From positions 62,001-126,000 of IMG/VR virus record IMGVR_UViG_3300007770_001284: a stretch of DNA of 64,000 bases. One strand, given 5' to 3'. Made by a program: the position numbers and the translations under genes. How positions within the stretch are numbered: position 1 is the first letter of the stretch; every line of letters starts with the position of its first letter. Under the pieces are notes generated by a model. The model was not told the origin of the DNA. It worked only from the letters and a program-made list of their open reading frames with translations, and did no database searches. Positions 38,981 to 48,898 of this stretch are shown one piece after another.

Positions 38981-41646
38981 TGCCAAAATATGTCATAACG
39001 ACGCCAGTCAATAATACTGCATATTATAATCTTACTGCATCGATGTACGTTGGTGGTCCACCTCCAGTTGCACAATATACTGCGCATAGTTCATTAGCTG
39101 GATGGTGGCGGTTAAATGAAGACGTTTCCGCTGCTGGTTCTATTACTGATGCAAGCGGAATGGGACTCCCCGGCTCGTTTGCAGCTCTCACCGAACGACC
39201 GAGCTTTTCGATATCAACACCGTCATCGAATATCCAAATGAGGACATGTTTATTTGACGGATCTTCTGACGTCGTCACAGTTGCGGTACCCGCTGATGCA
39301 ACTGCGCTTTCGTTCGGTGACGGCGCTACCGACACACCATTTTCTGTAAGCGCTTGGGTTTACCGTACTGGAACCGGATCTCTGACATATGACACTATAA
39401 TCCACAAAGGTGAGCAGAGTGGTGTTAATTTGGAGTACCAGCTGGTCTTGTATGATGCCAATGGCGACGGAAATTCTAGAATACGATTTAAGGTTGGTGA
39501 TGATAGCGTAAATGCAAACCTGCTAGCACAAACTCCAGCTGCTTCATTAACAGGAGGTAGCTGGCACCATATAGTCGCGACATATGACGGGACCGGGGCA
39601 GAGACAATCGCTGCAGGCGGCGATGCGACGGGCTGCATGTCAATTTATATTGATGGCGTCGCGCAATCCCTGTCTGATGATTCTACTCTTGCTTCATCTT
39701 ATGTTGCGATGGAGAATTCCGCCGAGTCTCTTTATGTGGGTGCGAGACAAACTGTAAATTATTACAACGGAAATATGGCCGATGTTGCGATCTGGGGAGT
39801 TGTATTATCTGAAGCTGATGTGACAGCGCTATATAACGCCACCGGTGGCTCCTTTTATTATACGTATCGAAATTATGACCTCATCGGCTATGGCGAAAGG
39901 CTATCTCCTACCGGTTCGCAGTACGAGATGTCCCTGCAGGGCCTTGACGCACAGAAAGATGGCATCTACTACCCAAGCCTCCTTCCAAGGATCAGACAGG
40001 GCGCTCCAATGTCGTTATGGCGAAATGGAGACAAGCTCCCTGACACGTATTTTGACGATACGCTACAAATGAATCCAGACCCAAATGATATGCGCGGCGA
40101 AAATGATGTGAAAATAAATCAACGTATTGATTTTGATATGGAGAAATTAGATTTCGGACAGGCACCGACCGTCCAGCAGGGCATGCCCTATGTCGAGACG
40201 CAACGCTACGATCCAGTTGCCTATTTGCAAGCATCGGAAGAGACGATGTGGCCTGTGCATCTTTTTAATCTTGGTTCATTGCTCGATCACGAATTTGATG
40301 GTATCATTGAGCCGCTAGATGTTAGACCAGAAATACTGGGCATGTCCGACCATCGTTATGAGGGCCACGCCGTGAGAGGTGGCTTGACGGGGGGCGCTGC
40401 TGAGACATACTTCGGAAGTAAGCAGATCGTTGATACGTGGAAGACCTCAGATACAAAAGTTGCCCATTTTTTAGATGCTCCGCTAAATTGGGGGACGATA
40501 CCCGTAGGAGCGTACTCAAATATCACTCAGGAATCTGACACTGCTTTTTTTGACACGACAGCATTTGATGCCACAAACGGTGTATTATTTTTGAACAATC
40601 AATTAATGAGCAGTGGGATGTCAGCACCTTACGATCTTGTCGATACAGATGCAATATTCTCTATGGACCTCGCAAACTCGGACTTCCACGCCATGAGATA
40701 TCGTTTTCCGGCTTCCAATAGGCTTGCTCTTTGGTTTAGGTTCAATGAAGACAACTCATACGCTACCGATCCCTCCGGCGACGTGGTGGACAGTAGCGGA
40801 AATGGTAGAGATGGTTCCATGCAAAACTCGTATGACCACCCGGTCTTCTTTGAGTGGCAAGACCCTGATGGTCCTTCGTCATCCACCTCTTCTCCATCAG
40901 CATTGATCCAGACAGGAAGCGCTGGATTTGCGTGGGGGGGGGACGATCCTTGTCGTGTAATTTCCTCTAACGCCGCTGACTGGGAGGCCACATCTTGGGG
41001 AAGTGGCGGTGGATATTGTTCTATATCGGTTTGGGTCTGGTGGGATGCTCCTACCTCACGAGTGATAAACACGGGAGTGAACGAAGAGTCGTCTATTGTT
41101 ACAATCGGAAACGGTAATGTTAGGCTCTATATTGACGATACCACTGGCTATCTAACATTTAAGAGAATTTACACAAGCCAGGTTGGTAAGTGGGAATCGA
41201 GAAATCCAGTCCCCGAGAAAGAATGGGTCCACCTCGCGATTACGTACTTAACTTCCGACTACCCGTTCTTGTTTGACCCGACGATGTATATCAATGGTAG
41301 AATTGTTCCTATTACAGAAGACACGCCCGGCAATGGAACTCCAGACGCCATCAACTCCTACGGGCTTATTGTGAGTACATCCGGCACTCGTGTGAAGACA
41401 TTCTCGGGTATCATATCGGATCTTGCTGTGTGGAGTCATCATGACTTAAAGCCGAGCGAGGTACGTGCGATATACAACGCACGTTTCGGCACGTACGAGG
41501 ACTCTTTAGCTGAAGATAATTTAATAGCGGCGATGCGTTTGATGAACACAGGATCTCAAGCTACCGCCGACCCGACAGAAGAGCGGGCAAATCATGGATT
41601 TTACTTTGACAAAAATGCTGGTTCAATTACGTACGGAGACTTGTAA
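38980..41646 (+). CDS. Virion protein with two LamG/concanavalin A-like domains
   Basis: GWWRLNE, FSVSAWV, WHHIVATYDG, IYIDG and YNGNMADVAIW; second copy WVHLAITY, MYING and FSGIISDLAVW. Confidence 0.75.
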   Translation: MPKYVITTPVNNTAYYNLTASMYVGGPPPVAQYTAHSSLAGWWRLNEDVSAAGSITDASGMGLPGSFAALTERPSFSISTPSSNIQMRTCLFDGSSDVVTVAVPADATALSFGDGATDTPFSVSAWVYRTGTGSLTYDTIIHKGEQSGVNLEYQLVLYDANGDGNSRIRFKVGDDSVNANLLAQTPAASLTGGSWHHIVATYDGTGAETIAAGGDATGCMSIYIDGVAQSLSDDSTLASSYVAMENSAESLYVGARQTVNYYNGNMADVAIWGVVLSEADVTALYNATGGSFYYTYRNYDLIGYGERLSPTGSQYEMSLQGLDAQKDGIYYPSLLPRIRQGAPMSLWRNGDKLPDTYFDDTLQMNPDPNDMRGENDVKINQRIDFDMEKLDFGQAPTVQQGMPYVETQRYDPVAYLQASEETMWPVHLFNLGSLLDHEFDGIIEPLDVRPEILGMSDHRYEGHAVRGGLTGGAAETYFGSKQIVDTWKTSDTKVAHFLDAPLNWGTIPVGAYSNITQESDTAFFDTTAFDATNGVLFLNNQLMSSGMSAPYDLVDTDAIFSMDLANSDFHAMRYRFPASNRLALWFRFNEDNSYATDPSGDVVDSSGNGRDGSMQNSYDHPVFFEWQDPDGPSSSTSSPSALIQTGSAGFAWGGDDPCRVISSNAADWEATSWGSGGGYCSISVWVWWDAPTSRVINTGVNEESSIVTIGNGNVRLYIDDTTGYLTFKRIYTSQVGKWESRNPVPEKEWVHLAITYLTSDYPFLFDPTMYINGRIVPITEDTPGNGTPDAINSYGLIVSTSGTRVKTFSGIISDLAVWSHHDLKPSEVRAIYNARFGTYEDSLAEDNLIAAMRLMNTGSQATADPTEERANHGFYFDKNAGSITYGDL

Positions 41647-44600
41647 TGTTTAGAGGGAAGAAAACACCGTTTATTCCAGACCTTTCGCGTTTTATTTCGT
41701 CGGAAGGTGCACACGGTAAGAGGTGGGATCTGTCCAGCAGCTGTCTAGCGCACTATCGCTTTAACGAGTATGTTGATGGCGGTGACGACTCCGCCGCGAT
41801 AATTCCCGACAGGTCGGGGAAACAGGGCGGGATGAATGTTGTGACGGGGAGCATTACATTGGGCAGTATGCTTCCAGCCCTTCCTCCAGAACTTTCTCTC
41901 GATCGGGAGATGTTCACTGACAACAGGGGGGATCCATCTACCGTATACTCGGCTGAATTGATTCCCGGTACAGATCGACGAGCCATCCGTCCGTATCCGA
42001 AACGCACGTTTGATTTTTCTACTCGAGGCGGCCGGTTTCTTCTTCAGGAAGGTTTACAAGGTATAGATCCAGTAAGTACCAAGGGGTGTACATTCGTTTT
42101 TCGTTTTAAATTCGCAAAATCCTCCACCAGTACCTTTAACGAGCTGATTTTCTCTATATCTCAATTGAACACCACACAAGTGTCTTTTTCTGTTACTAGC
42201 ACTTCTGGGGTTCCCACAATCGAATTACGAGTTTTTACCAACCAGTCCGAAACTGCTGCCAACGTTAGTATAACCCAACAAGAATGGTACACGATCGTTG
42301 GGTGTGTAAAAGATGGTTCCACGAGTCTTGAAGCATGGAAGGAAGCTGATGGCTCGCAACGTCCCAAGAACGCGCAAAGCATAAGCGGAATTCCTGTTAC
42401 GTTAACGAACCCACAGATATTTGTCGGTTACGGTGACTATAATTCATCTCCCAATTCAAGCTTTAATGACAGCAACGATTGGGGGCAATGCTCTAGAATT
42501 AGTGAATTGGCGATATTCGATGGATGGATATCTGATGAATTGTCACAAGCAATAGGTTCCGGCTGGAGTGACGGCTCCCCCGGTACCACAACTTCACACA
42601 CTGCTAGATTTAATCGGCATACATCCGGACTGGATAACCGAGGTCCGCGCACCGTTCTTAAGCGTATGGATAATGAGCTCCGGACATACCCGTCGATTAG
42701 CAGAACCGGTGATCAGGGACGGCTTGGAAATGAGCCGGTAACTCCGTTTAGTGATGAAGACACGCTTGTGTTTACCACAGACACGCCCGTTATGTTTCCA
42801 GATATGCTACCCACATATCTTTATGAGTCAACTCGTCAAGGCCACCTTAGATCTTATCATTCGGGCTCCGGCGATCGTTCGGGAGATGATCATCGTATAG
42901 AGACACGTATAACTGCGTCAGCAGATCTTTCCCACCGCGTTCGTCCGGGTTTGATGAATAAAGAAGTCTTCATTATGAACATGTCTGGTAGCACTGCTGA
43001 CGCTGGGCTGCGCGGTGGGGTTGAAGGCACCATGGCGCCATTCGACGATAGTCGTATCGATACGTCTCTGACAACAGCGACAATAGCGACTGCCAAAGAA
43101 ACGATGCTGGGGTTCGATCAAAAACTGGGAGATAGGATCGCGATCGTTATAGACCTCAGTAGCGAGACAGACACCACAATGGGTCATAGGTCAACGCTTT
43201 TGATATCACCCAATTCCGAGGGCCCGTACGATTCATATCCATATCCTCTTAGCCAGGACACCGTCCGCCATCCCGACCCTGCGAGCATCAATAGTATATG
43301 CTATTATAATTTCAATACCAAGGGTTGGGATGTCACTGGGACAGTTTCGCTAGATGAGGTAGGTTCAGCACCCTCCGGCGGAGTTGAGGTCCCAGGCACT
43401 GGTGCATCAGGTTCTTTCCTGATGGCGAGTACGTCGATTGCCTTCGCCGCAACGACAGGTTTTGCGATATCTCCTGATGAAGCAGAGCCTCTCCTTCCTC
43501 TGGCAGCCCGCGGCCGGCCGACTGATTGGTTCGGATTTCCGTTCGATCAAAAGTGGGATGCTTCCGATAGCCAGCTTCTTGATATGTCGAAGTATATATC
43601 TGCTCCATTTTTGTTGGAAAAGATGGAGATCACCCATGATATGGAATTTATAGAGTCGGGTGATGATGGGCTCGGATACGTCGTAAGAGACGGTAGCGAT
43701 CCCGGGACGCTCCTTGCGGTTTCATCTTCGGATTCCAGTAAAGCGATCCCCGGTCGAGCGCGTGCCGATAGAGGGGCCGGCACTACATTGGTAACAACTA
43801 ATGACCTCCAGGGAGACCTGGGACATGTCCCAGGTCATGGCGGTGAAGGTATAGGAACAGTACTGTGCGGTGACACAAGCCTTCAGAACCTGACAGACAA
43901 GAATGGCAATGAGTACCCGGGCGCCCATGTGCCTCCTGAGTCTGCCTCTTGTCTCACCGGACCACAAGGTGGCCAGCGACGGTACACTAACCCTCGGGGG
44001 CCGTGGCTCCGGTACCGAATGGATCACGATCCTAACTTTTCCGGCAAAATATACGATAGCCATCCTGAGGGCTGCCGTGATTCCGCCGACATCGGCCTCG
44101 GCGAAACCCTCTTCGCGTTCGATCAGTTAGGTCGAACGCCTTGGGATGGATTTCTCCGCGCCGTCGCGCCGAGCGCCGCTCTCACCATGCCGACTCTCGA
44201 TCGTAACCAAACGCCGAGTAGAGGACTACAGGGTTGTTCTTACGCCTTCAATGGCGGTACGAATGGGTTTGTTATCGGAAGTGGTTCTCAGATGAATTCG
44301 TATATCGGTCCCCATAATCCATATCGCGGTAATAATGGTCAAGCTCTCGCTTACGGCGATATATGGTTTTCGATGTGGTTCAGGTACCTCGGCGCCGGCG
44401 GCGGCAGCTACGGTCGGCTATTCCACTTTGGCGACGATAGCAACACAGGTCTCGGTAATATGGCTGCTTTCTTCTATGACGCCGGGCCGGGCCCAAAACT
44501 TTATTTTAATGCCAATTATTACCAGCCAGCGCTGACGTCTTCCGCAGGCAGCATGCATGAAGCCCAGTGGGGCACAAATGATGTGGTGATCGATCCAAGC

Positions 44601-47600
44601 AATGGGGCATGGTACCATCTTGTGCTTAGGTTCCACCCTGGGGAGTTCGCTCAGTCCGCTTCTCGCGGTGAGTACACCGGTACTGGAAACCCCGCGTCCT
44701 GCCAGGCATGGATAACAAGCGACCTCCCTGGTGTCACCATAGAAGGAGAAGACGCCGAAACCGTGCCGGCACAATGGGGCACTTACAAGGCGATGACTGC
44801 GACAATCGATCCGTCTGATTACGGCTCGATATATTGGGCCGGTTTCGAGGACGCTAACCATGACTGTGTGATAGGTAACCGTAACGACGGAGCGCGCGGC
44901 TTCAATGGCCAACTTGCCGATTTCCAGGTATGGAAGATGGAGGAAGGGTGCATCCCACACACAGGCGACACGGACACCAATCTCTCCGGATCTCTACGTT
45001 TTTTCCAGAATAACGACCTGGGCGTCACCGGTGCGCGCAACAGATTAGGAACTACGTTACCAGAATGGTACATGGAAGCACCGTCAAAATATAGTCCGAA
45101 GGCGCCGGGAGTACTTTCCCATGACGTTTTCTCGTATGGCCGATTTCCGCTTATGGGTGGTATGGGTGGTCAGCACGGCGACCAAGCCAATAGTCACCTC
45201 AGCAATCTCGGTAAGGGGATGTTGTTACCATCGGATGACGGATTTTACAAGGTCGTACAAAATCCAATGTTCGCCGGCGGGACCCCCGCCACCCAAGCGC
45301 CTAAGACGACGTTCAACGGAGCTATTCGTGAATTGATACCAACTATGTCTGTTCAAACCCCTGGCGGAGTACCTTTCTGGAGATGTGATACGTTCTTTCT
45401 AATGAGACAAGCAAAGGGCACTGTCGATCGCTCAAGCCCACAAAAAGCGCAGTACTCGACATTAGCGTCTCCTCAACGCTCGCGGCAGTGGCCAATGGAA
45501 GGCCGGAAGAAAGATTGGGATCCTGTTGTTCCCGACAAGTTTCCAATCACTTCCGTCTCAACCGATAAAATTAGAGAATTGATAACGTACGGTCAGATAG
45601 CTCATTACGGCTACACTCGTTCTACGTCCGACTGTCAGGCATTCAAGAGTGGTTCATCCTGGCAAGAAACTCACGTCTTGCGCAGCGGTATGTCTGGGTC
45701 AACCAACAAGTTCTATAATGTGGGCGCCTCTCCGAGGTCGGGGTTTCCGCACTCACTCTTCACGACGGTCAAACAACAATACCTCGATCCGATGGGGCTT
45801 GGATACCGGTCCCCAGATTCGTCAGGTCTCCCTTACGCCGACCTCCGCGGTGGTTCGCGACATCCCACAAAAGACATGCAGAACCCAGCGATCAAGTCGG
45901 AGTACGTCGGTCTCAATTTCTCGAATGCTTATTATCCATTCCAGGCGCGCTACAATACGCTTGGTATAGATACAGCGAATCTCGCCACGGGCAAGGGGGG
46001 CGCGCCTTCTGCTAACCTCCAAGGTCTTCCCACAATTTTTGTAGGTCAGCCGCACTCTGGATCGTACGAAGCGGGAGGTGGTTCTTTTGTTTCGAATCCG
46101 CTGTTATTCGTTTCTGAAGCAGCGGCAGTAGGATTGAATGAAGAGAATGCCACCATCGGCCACGGCGCGAATGATTTTTTTACGTGGGGCGGTTTTGGGA
46201 TTACTGGATCCTTGACGGGACAGACTCTTCTCGAAGCTGGTCTTCGCCGTGAGACTTCGATCAGATTGGATCACGGTGAGCGATTCGTTAAGCTGTGGGC
46301 TGCTGATCCCACACCTGGCGTATTAGGGTGGCGGGGTGGTGTCCCGCGCGGAGTTTGGGATCCAGCCACCGGCGACCTGGTCTCGACACCATGGTATAAG
46401 CTCAAGCCTTCCTCCGCGTATCTCGTCGCGACGGCGAGTCGGGAGCCGTGGCCAACCAATGTCCAATATTATCATACTGCTAGCCAGAATATCTTGAGCT
46501 CAGGAACATTTACGATGTTAACTGACATCAAGAATTCCAACGCCGCCGGCGCCGTCGCTGGAGGAACTTTCAACACTCTCTTTTACCAATATGATGCTCG
46601 CTGGGGGCCGGCCACCACTGTCGGTTCTTATGTTACTCCTGTCGTACCCCAGAATATAAGCGATAGCGAAGAAGGCGTCTTCTACCCGAGAGAAAGTAGT
46701 TATGTCCATCAAATTGACGAATTCACCAGCGTAAGTCATGTGTTCAGGAGTGTCGGCCTATCGTCTGGAAGATCAATCGTCAAGTCCGTCCCGGGGGATG
46801 TACCCACATCACAAAAATTATCGTATGTGCCCTCCGTGAAGGGGGTAGTGACGGGTGCATATAGCGACTTTCTCGAGTCATGGGATCCGCGATCTTTTTG
46901 GGGGGACTATGGGTGGACCGGTCCGATTGGCTCGGCTCATTTTGTCCAGACGTCCAGCTTTCAACCGATTGATTTTTCTAACCTAAGATCTACACTAACC
47001 CAGCAGGGTAATCAAGCGTATAGCGACTGGGTGGCCGTTTCACAGTATCACTTGAACCAATCACTGCCGTATGCCCCAGGCGCAGACTCTGAAGAATGGT
47101 CGACCACTTTCGAAGCACTGAAGTCGGCTTCTACAAACAATTCTGGTTATTTCGTCGCTGCAAATGCGGTAACGAACTGGCCGTTTTGTATCGGTGCGAT
47201 GACCCAAACGACAGGTACCCTAGCTCGTACATATACGTATAATTCTCCTTATGTACTAGAGCCTGGAGATAAACTGGTGCTTGGCTTCCAGCCGGCGATC
47301 GGTGGAATGAATGAGGGTGCTCCTAAGCCGTTGAACAGTATTTCTGGGCCATTTTCTAGAGCTGACGAGAAAGGGTATCAGGGTGTCGAGGGCAACGATT
47401 TCAGCGCAAAGAACGACCAGAGCACCCCAAATTATGTACCGAATGAGTTCCGACCTGGGGTCAATCGAAGGAACCTGTCTGAGCAGATCCGTCAAACTGT
47501 CTTGAAAGCCGGTAAAGCGCGACTTGTCTTGTACGGTACTCTGTTACGTGATAATAAACCTCATCCCGCGGAGTTGAACCAGCCCCTGGTCACAAACGCC

Positions 47601-48842
47601 GTACACGAGGCCCTTCACTTCGATAACCCGGTCATGGACCAGTTCTTGGTCGATGACAAGACAGCATACAGCGGTTCTTACCTGGATCAATATATAACAG
47701 GTAGCGCTCGATACATACCACAGGACGATAAGAAGGACAACCCCTTTTCGGGTGATCGTAATATCTACGTCCGGAAGGTGGCAGCCACTGGCTGGGATGG
47801 AAACCTGTCTTTTAACAAGTCATTGCAACGATTTGTGGTCTTGCCAGACCAAAGTGAAGTGTATTGGGACTCCGTTCTGCCCACTGTATCACAGATCTGG
47901 AAAATTGACGGGAAGACTCCCGACACATCTGGTCAGAATCTGTTCTATAGACTCCAGGCCTCGACTCGGTATTCCGATCCTAGCAGCAGCGAAGGGCTTG
48001 CCGCTGTAAATAATGGGTGGGTCGGCGCATTTCCTTTTGAGAGTAGATATGATGACGTGGATAGAGTATTGAAAGACCCCGCCGACCAATCGAGCTACCG
48101 CACCATTCCGCAACCAGGGCTGAACTACGGCTGGGCCCAGCTCATCCCCAGGCCTTTTAGGTGGGGATGGGCACGTCTCGGTCCGCCCCGAAGTCTTACT
48201 GCTTATCTCCAAAGCCCGCTGGTAAAGGCGGCTTACGCGTCGAGGGGGAAGCTCCTCACAGACCCGACTCTGGAGTGTCGACAATCAGAAGACACAGCAG
48301 ACAAGGCAATGGCTGCCGCTCTATTTGGATTCGCAACAACTGGTGGCGCATATTTCTATGATGGCTCGGGCTATCTTTCTTCCACCGGAGGTACCACAAA
48401 TGGATTTACCTGGAACCGCAAAAGCTTAAATACATACGCCATCCCCTCCAGCCAGCAGGCCTTCTCCATGCGTCTTGACCATCCAGAAGGTGTCAAGTAT
48501 GGCCTTAAGAATTATGTTTGGTCTTACACAAACGCAGTTTTTCGACCGGATAGATACGGCCAGCTGAGGGACATGTTAGAGCAACGACGTTATACGAAGT
48601 TCTTCAACACAGGAGACGATGAGACGCCTCGAGGGACAGGTGACGCCGCTGTTTCTTGTATTTTTGTTGATGCTGACGGTAATCCTATAGATGATGCTAG
48701 CAAAACATCATGCCAGAACATAAGCACGTTTATGACTTCTTCCATCCCGTATTTTGAGGGTGAGGCCCAACGGACTCCTACAACAAACCCATTCGTGTCT
48801 ATCGATATCGGTAATATGGTTTCTCGAACGACGCTTAGATAA
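41646..48842 (+). CDS. Giant (2398 aa) virion structural protein with LamG-like domains
   Basis: HYRFNE...ISELAIFD and WYHLVLRF...FNGQLADFQVW; conserved-looking C-terminus FRPDRYGQLRDMLEQR...S.PYF. Confidence 0.65.
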   Translation: MFRGKKTPFIPDLSRFISSEGAHGKRWDLSSSCLAHYRFNEYVDGGDDSAAIIPDRSGKQGGMNVVTGSITLGSMLPALPPELSLDREMFTDNRGDPSTVYSAELIPGTDRRAIRPYPKRTFDFSTRGGRFLLQEGLQGIDPVSTKGCTFVFRFKFAKSSTSTFNELIFSISQLNTTQVSFSVTSTSGVPTIELRVFTNQSETAANVSITQQEWYTIVGCVKDGSTSLEAWKEADGSQRPKNAQSISGIPVTLTNPQIFVGYGDYNSSPNSSFNDSNDWGQCSRISELAIFDGWISDELSQAIGSGWSDGSPGTTTSHTARFNRHTSGLDNRGPRTVLKRMDNELRTYPSISRTGDQGRLGNEPVTPFSDEDTLVFTTDTPVMFPDMLPTYLYESTRQGHLRSYHSGSGDRSGDDHRIETRITASADLSHRVRPGLMNKEVFIMNMSGSTADAGLRGGVEGTMAPFDDSRIDTSLTTATIATAKETMLGFDQKLGDRIAIVIDLSSETDTTMGHRSTLLISPNSEGPYDSYPYPLSQDTVRHPDPASINSICYYNFNTKGWDVTGTVSLDEVGSAPSGGVEVPGTGASGSFLMASTSIAFAATTGFAISPDEAEPLLPLAARGRPTDWFGFPFDQKWDASDSQLLDMSKYISAPFLLEKMEITHDMEFIESGDDGLGYVVRDGSDPGTLLAVSSSDSSKAIPGRARADRGAGTTLVTTNDLQGDLGHVPGHGGEGIGTVLCGDTSLQNLTDKNGNEYPGAHVPPESASCLTGPQGGQRRYTNPRGPWLRYRMDHDPNFSGKIYDSHPEGCRDSADIGLGETLFAFDQLGRTPWDGFLRAVAPSAALTMPTLDRNQTPSRGLQGCSYAFNGGTNGFVIGSGSQMNSYIGPHNPYRGNNGQALAYGDIWFSMWFRYLGAGGGSYGRLFHFGDDSNTGLGNMAAFFYDAGPGPKLYFNANYYQPALTSSAGSMHEAQWGTNDVVIDPSNGAWYHLVLRFHPGEFAQSASRGEYTGTGNPASCQAWITSDLPGVTIEGEDAETVPAQWGTYKAMTATIDPSDYGSIYWAGFEDANHDCVIGNRNDGARGFNGQLADFQVWKMEEGCIPHTGDTDTNLSGSLRFFQNNDLGVTGARNRLGTTLPEWYMEAPSKYSPKAPGVLSHDVFSYGRFPLMGGMGGQHGDQANSHLSNLGKGMLLPSDDGFYKVVQNPMFAGGTPATQAPKTTFNGAIRELIPTMSVQTPGGVPFWRCDTFFLMRQAKGTVDRSSPQKAQYSTLASPQRSRQWPMEGRKKDWDPVVPDKFPITSVSTDKIRELITYGQIAHYGYTRSTSDCQAFKSGSSWQETHVLRSGMSGSTNKFYNVGASPRSGFPHSLFTTVKQQYLDPMGLGYRSPDSSGLPYADLRGGSRHPTKDMQNPAIKSEYVGLNFSNAYYPFQARYNTLGIDTANLATGKGGAPSANLQGLPTIFVGQPHSGSYEAGGGSFVSNPLLFVSEAAAVGLNEENATIGHGANDFFTWGGFGITGSLTGQTLLEAGLRRETSIRLDHGERFVKLWAADPTPGVLGWRGGVPRGVWDPATGDLVSTPWYKLKPSSAYLVATASREPWPTNVQYYHTASQNILSSGTFTMLTDIKNSNAAGAVAGGTFNTLFYQYDARWGPATTVGSYVTPVVPQNISDSEEGVFYPRESSYVHQIDEFTSVSHVFRSVGLSSGRSIVKSVPGDVPTSQKLSYVPSVKGVVTGAYSDFLESWDPRSFWGDYGWTGPIGSAHFVQTSSFQPIDFSNLRSTLTQQGNQAYSDWVAVSQYHLNQSLPYAPGADSEEWSTTFEALKSASTNNSGYFVAANAVTNWPFCIGAMTQTTGTLARTYTYNSPYVLEPGDKLVLGFQPAIGGMNEGAPKPLNSISGPFSRADEKGYQGVEGNDFSAKNDQSTPNYVPNEFRPGVNRRNLSEQIRQTVLKAGKARLVLYGTLLRDNKPHPAELNQPLVTNAVHEALHFDNPVMDQFLVDDKTAYSGSYLDQYITGSARYIPQDDKKDNPFSGDRNIYVRKVAATGWDGNLSFNKSLQRFVVLPDQSEVYWDSVLPTVSQIWKIDGKTPDTSGQNLFYRLQASTRYSDPSSSEGLAAVNNGWVGAFPFESRYDDVDRVLKDPADQSSYRTIPQPGLNYGWAQLIPRPFRWGWARLGPPRSLTAYLQSPLVKAAYASRGKLLTDPTLECRQSEDTADKAMAAALFGFATTGGAYFYDGSGYLSSTGGTTNGFTWNRKSLNTYAIPSSQQAFSMRLDHPEGVKYGLKNYVWSYTNAVFRPDRYGQLRDMLEQRRYTKFFNTGDDETPRGTGDAAVSCIFVDADGNPIDDASKTSCQNISTFMTSSIPYFEGEAQRTPTTNPFVSIDIGNMVSRTTLR

Positions 48843-48868
48843 TACCGGCTACCACGTTGCTTTTCGTA

Positions 48869-48875
48869 ATATTTA
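48869..48875 (+). promoter_or_regulatory. Candidate late promoter ATATTTA
   Basis: Member of the ATANTTA set; ends 23 nt before ATG 48899. Confidence 0.5.
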
Positions 48876-48898
48876 GTGTTACGTAACGGGAATGTTGA

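Noticed and set aside
41646-48842. Intein or intron explaining the giant ORF
   Set aside because: No intein splice-junction (C...HN) or homing-endonuclease motifs were recognised, and the frame is uninterrupted.
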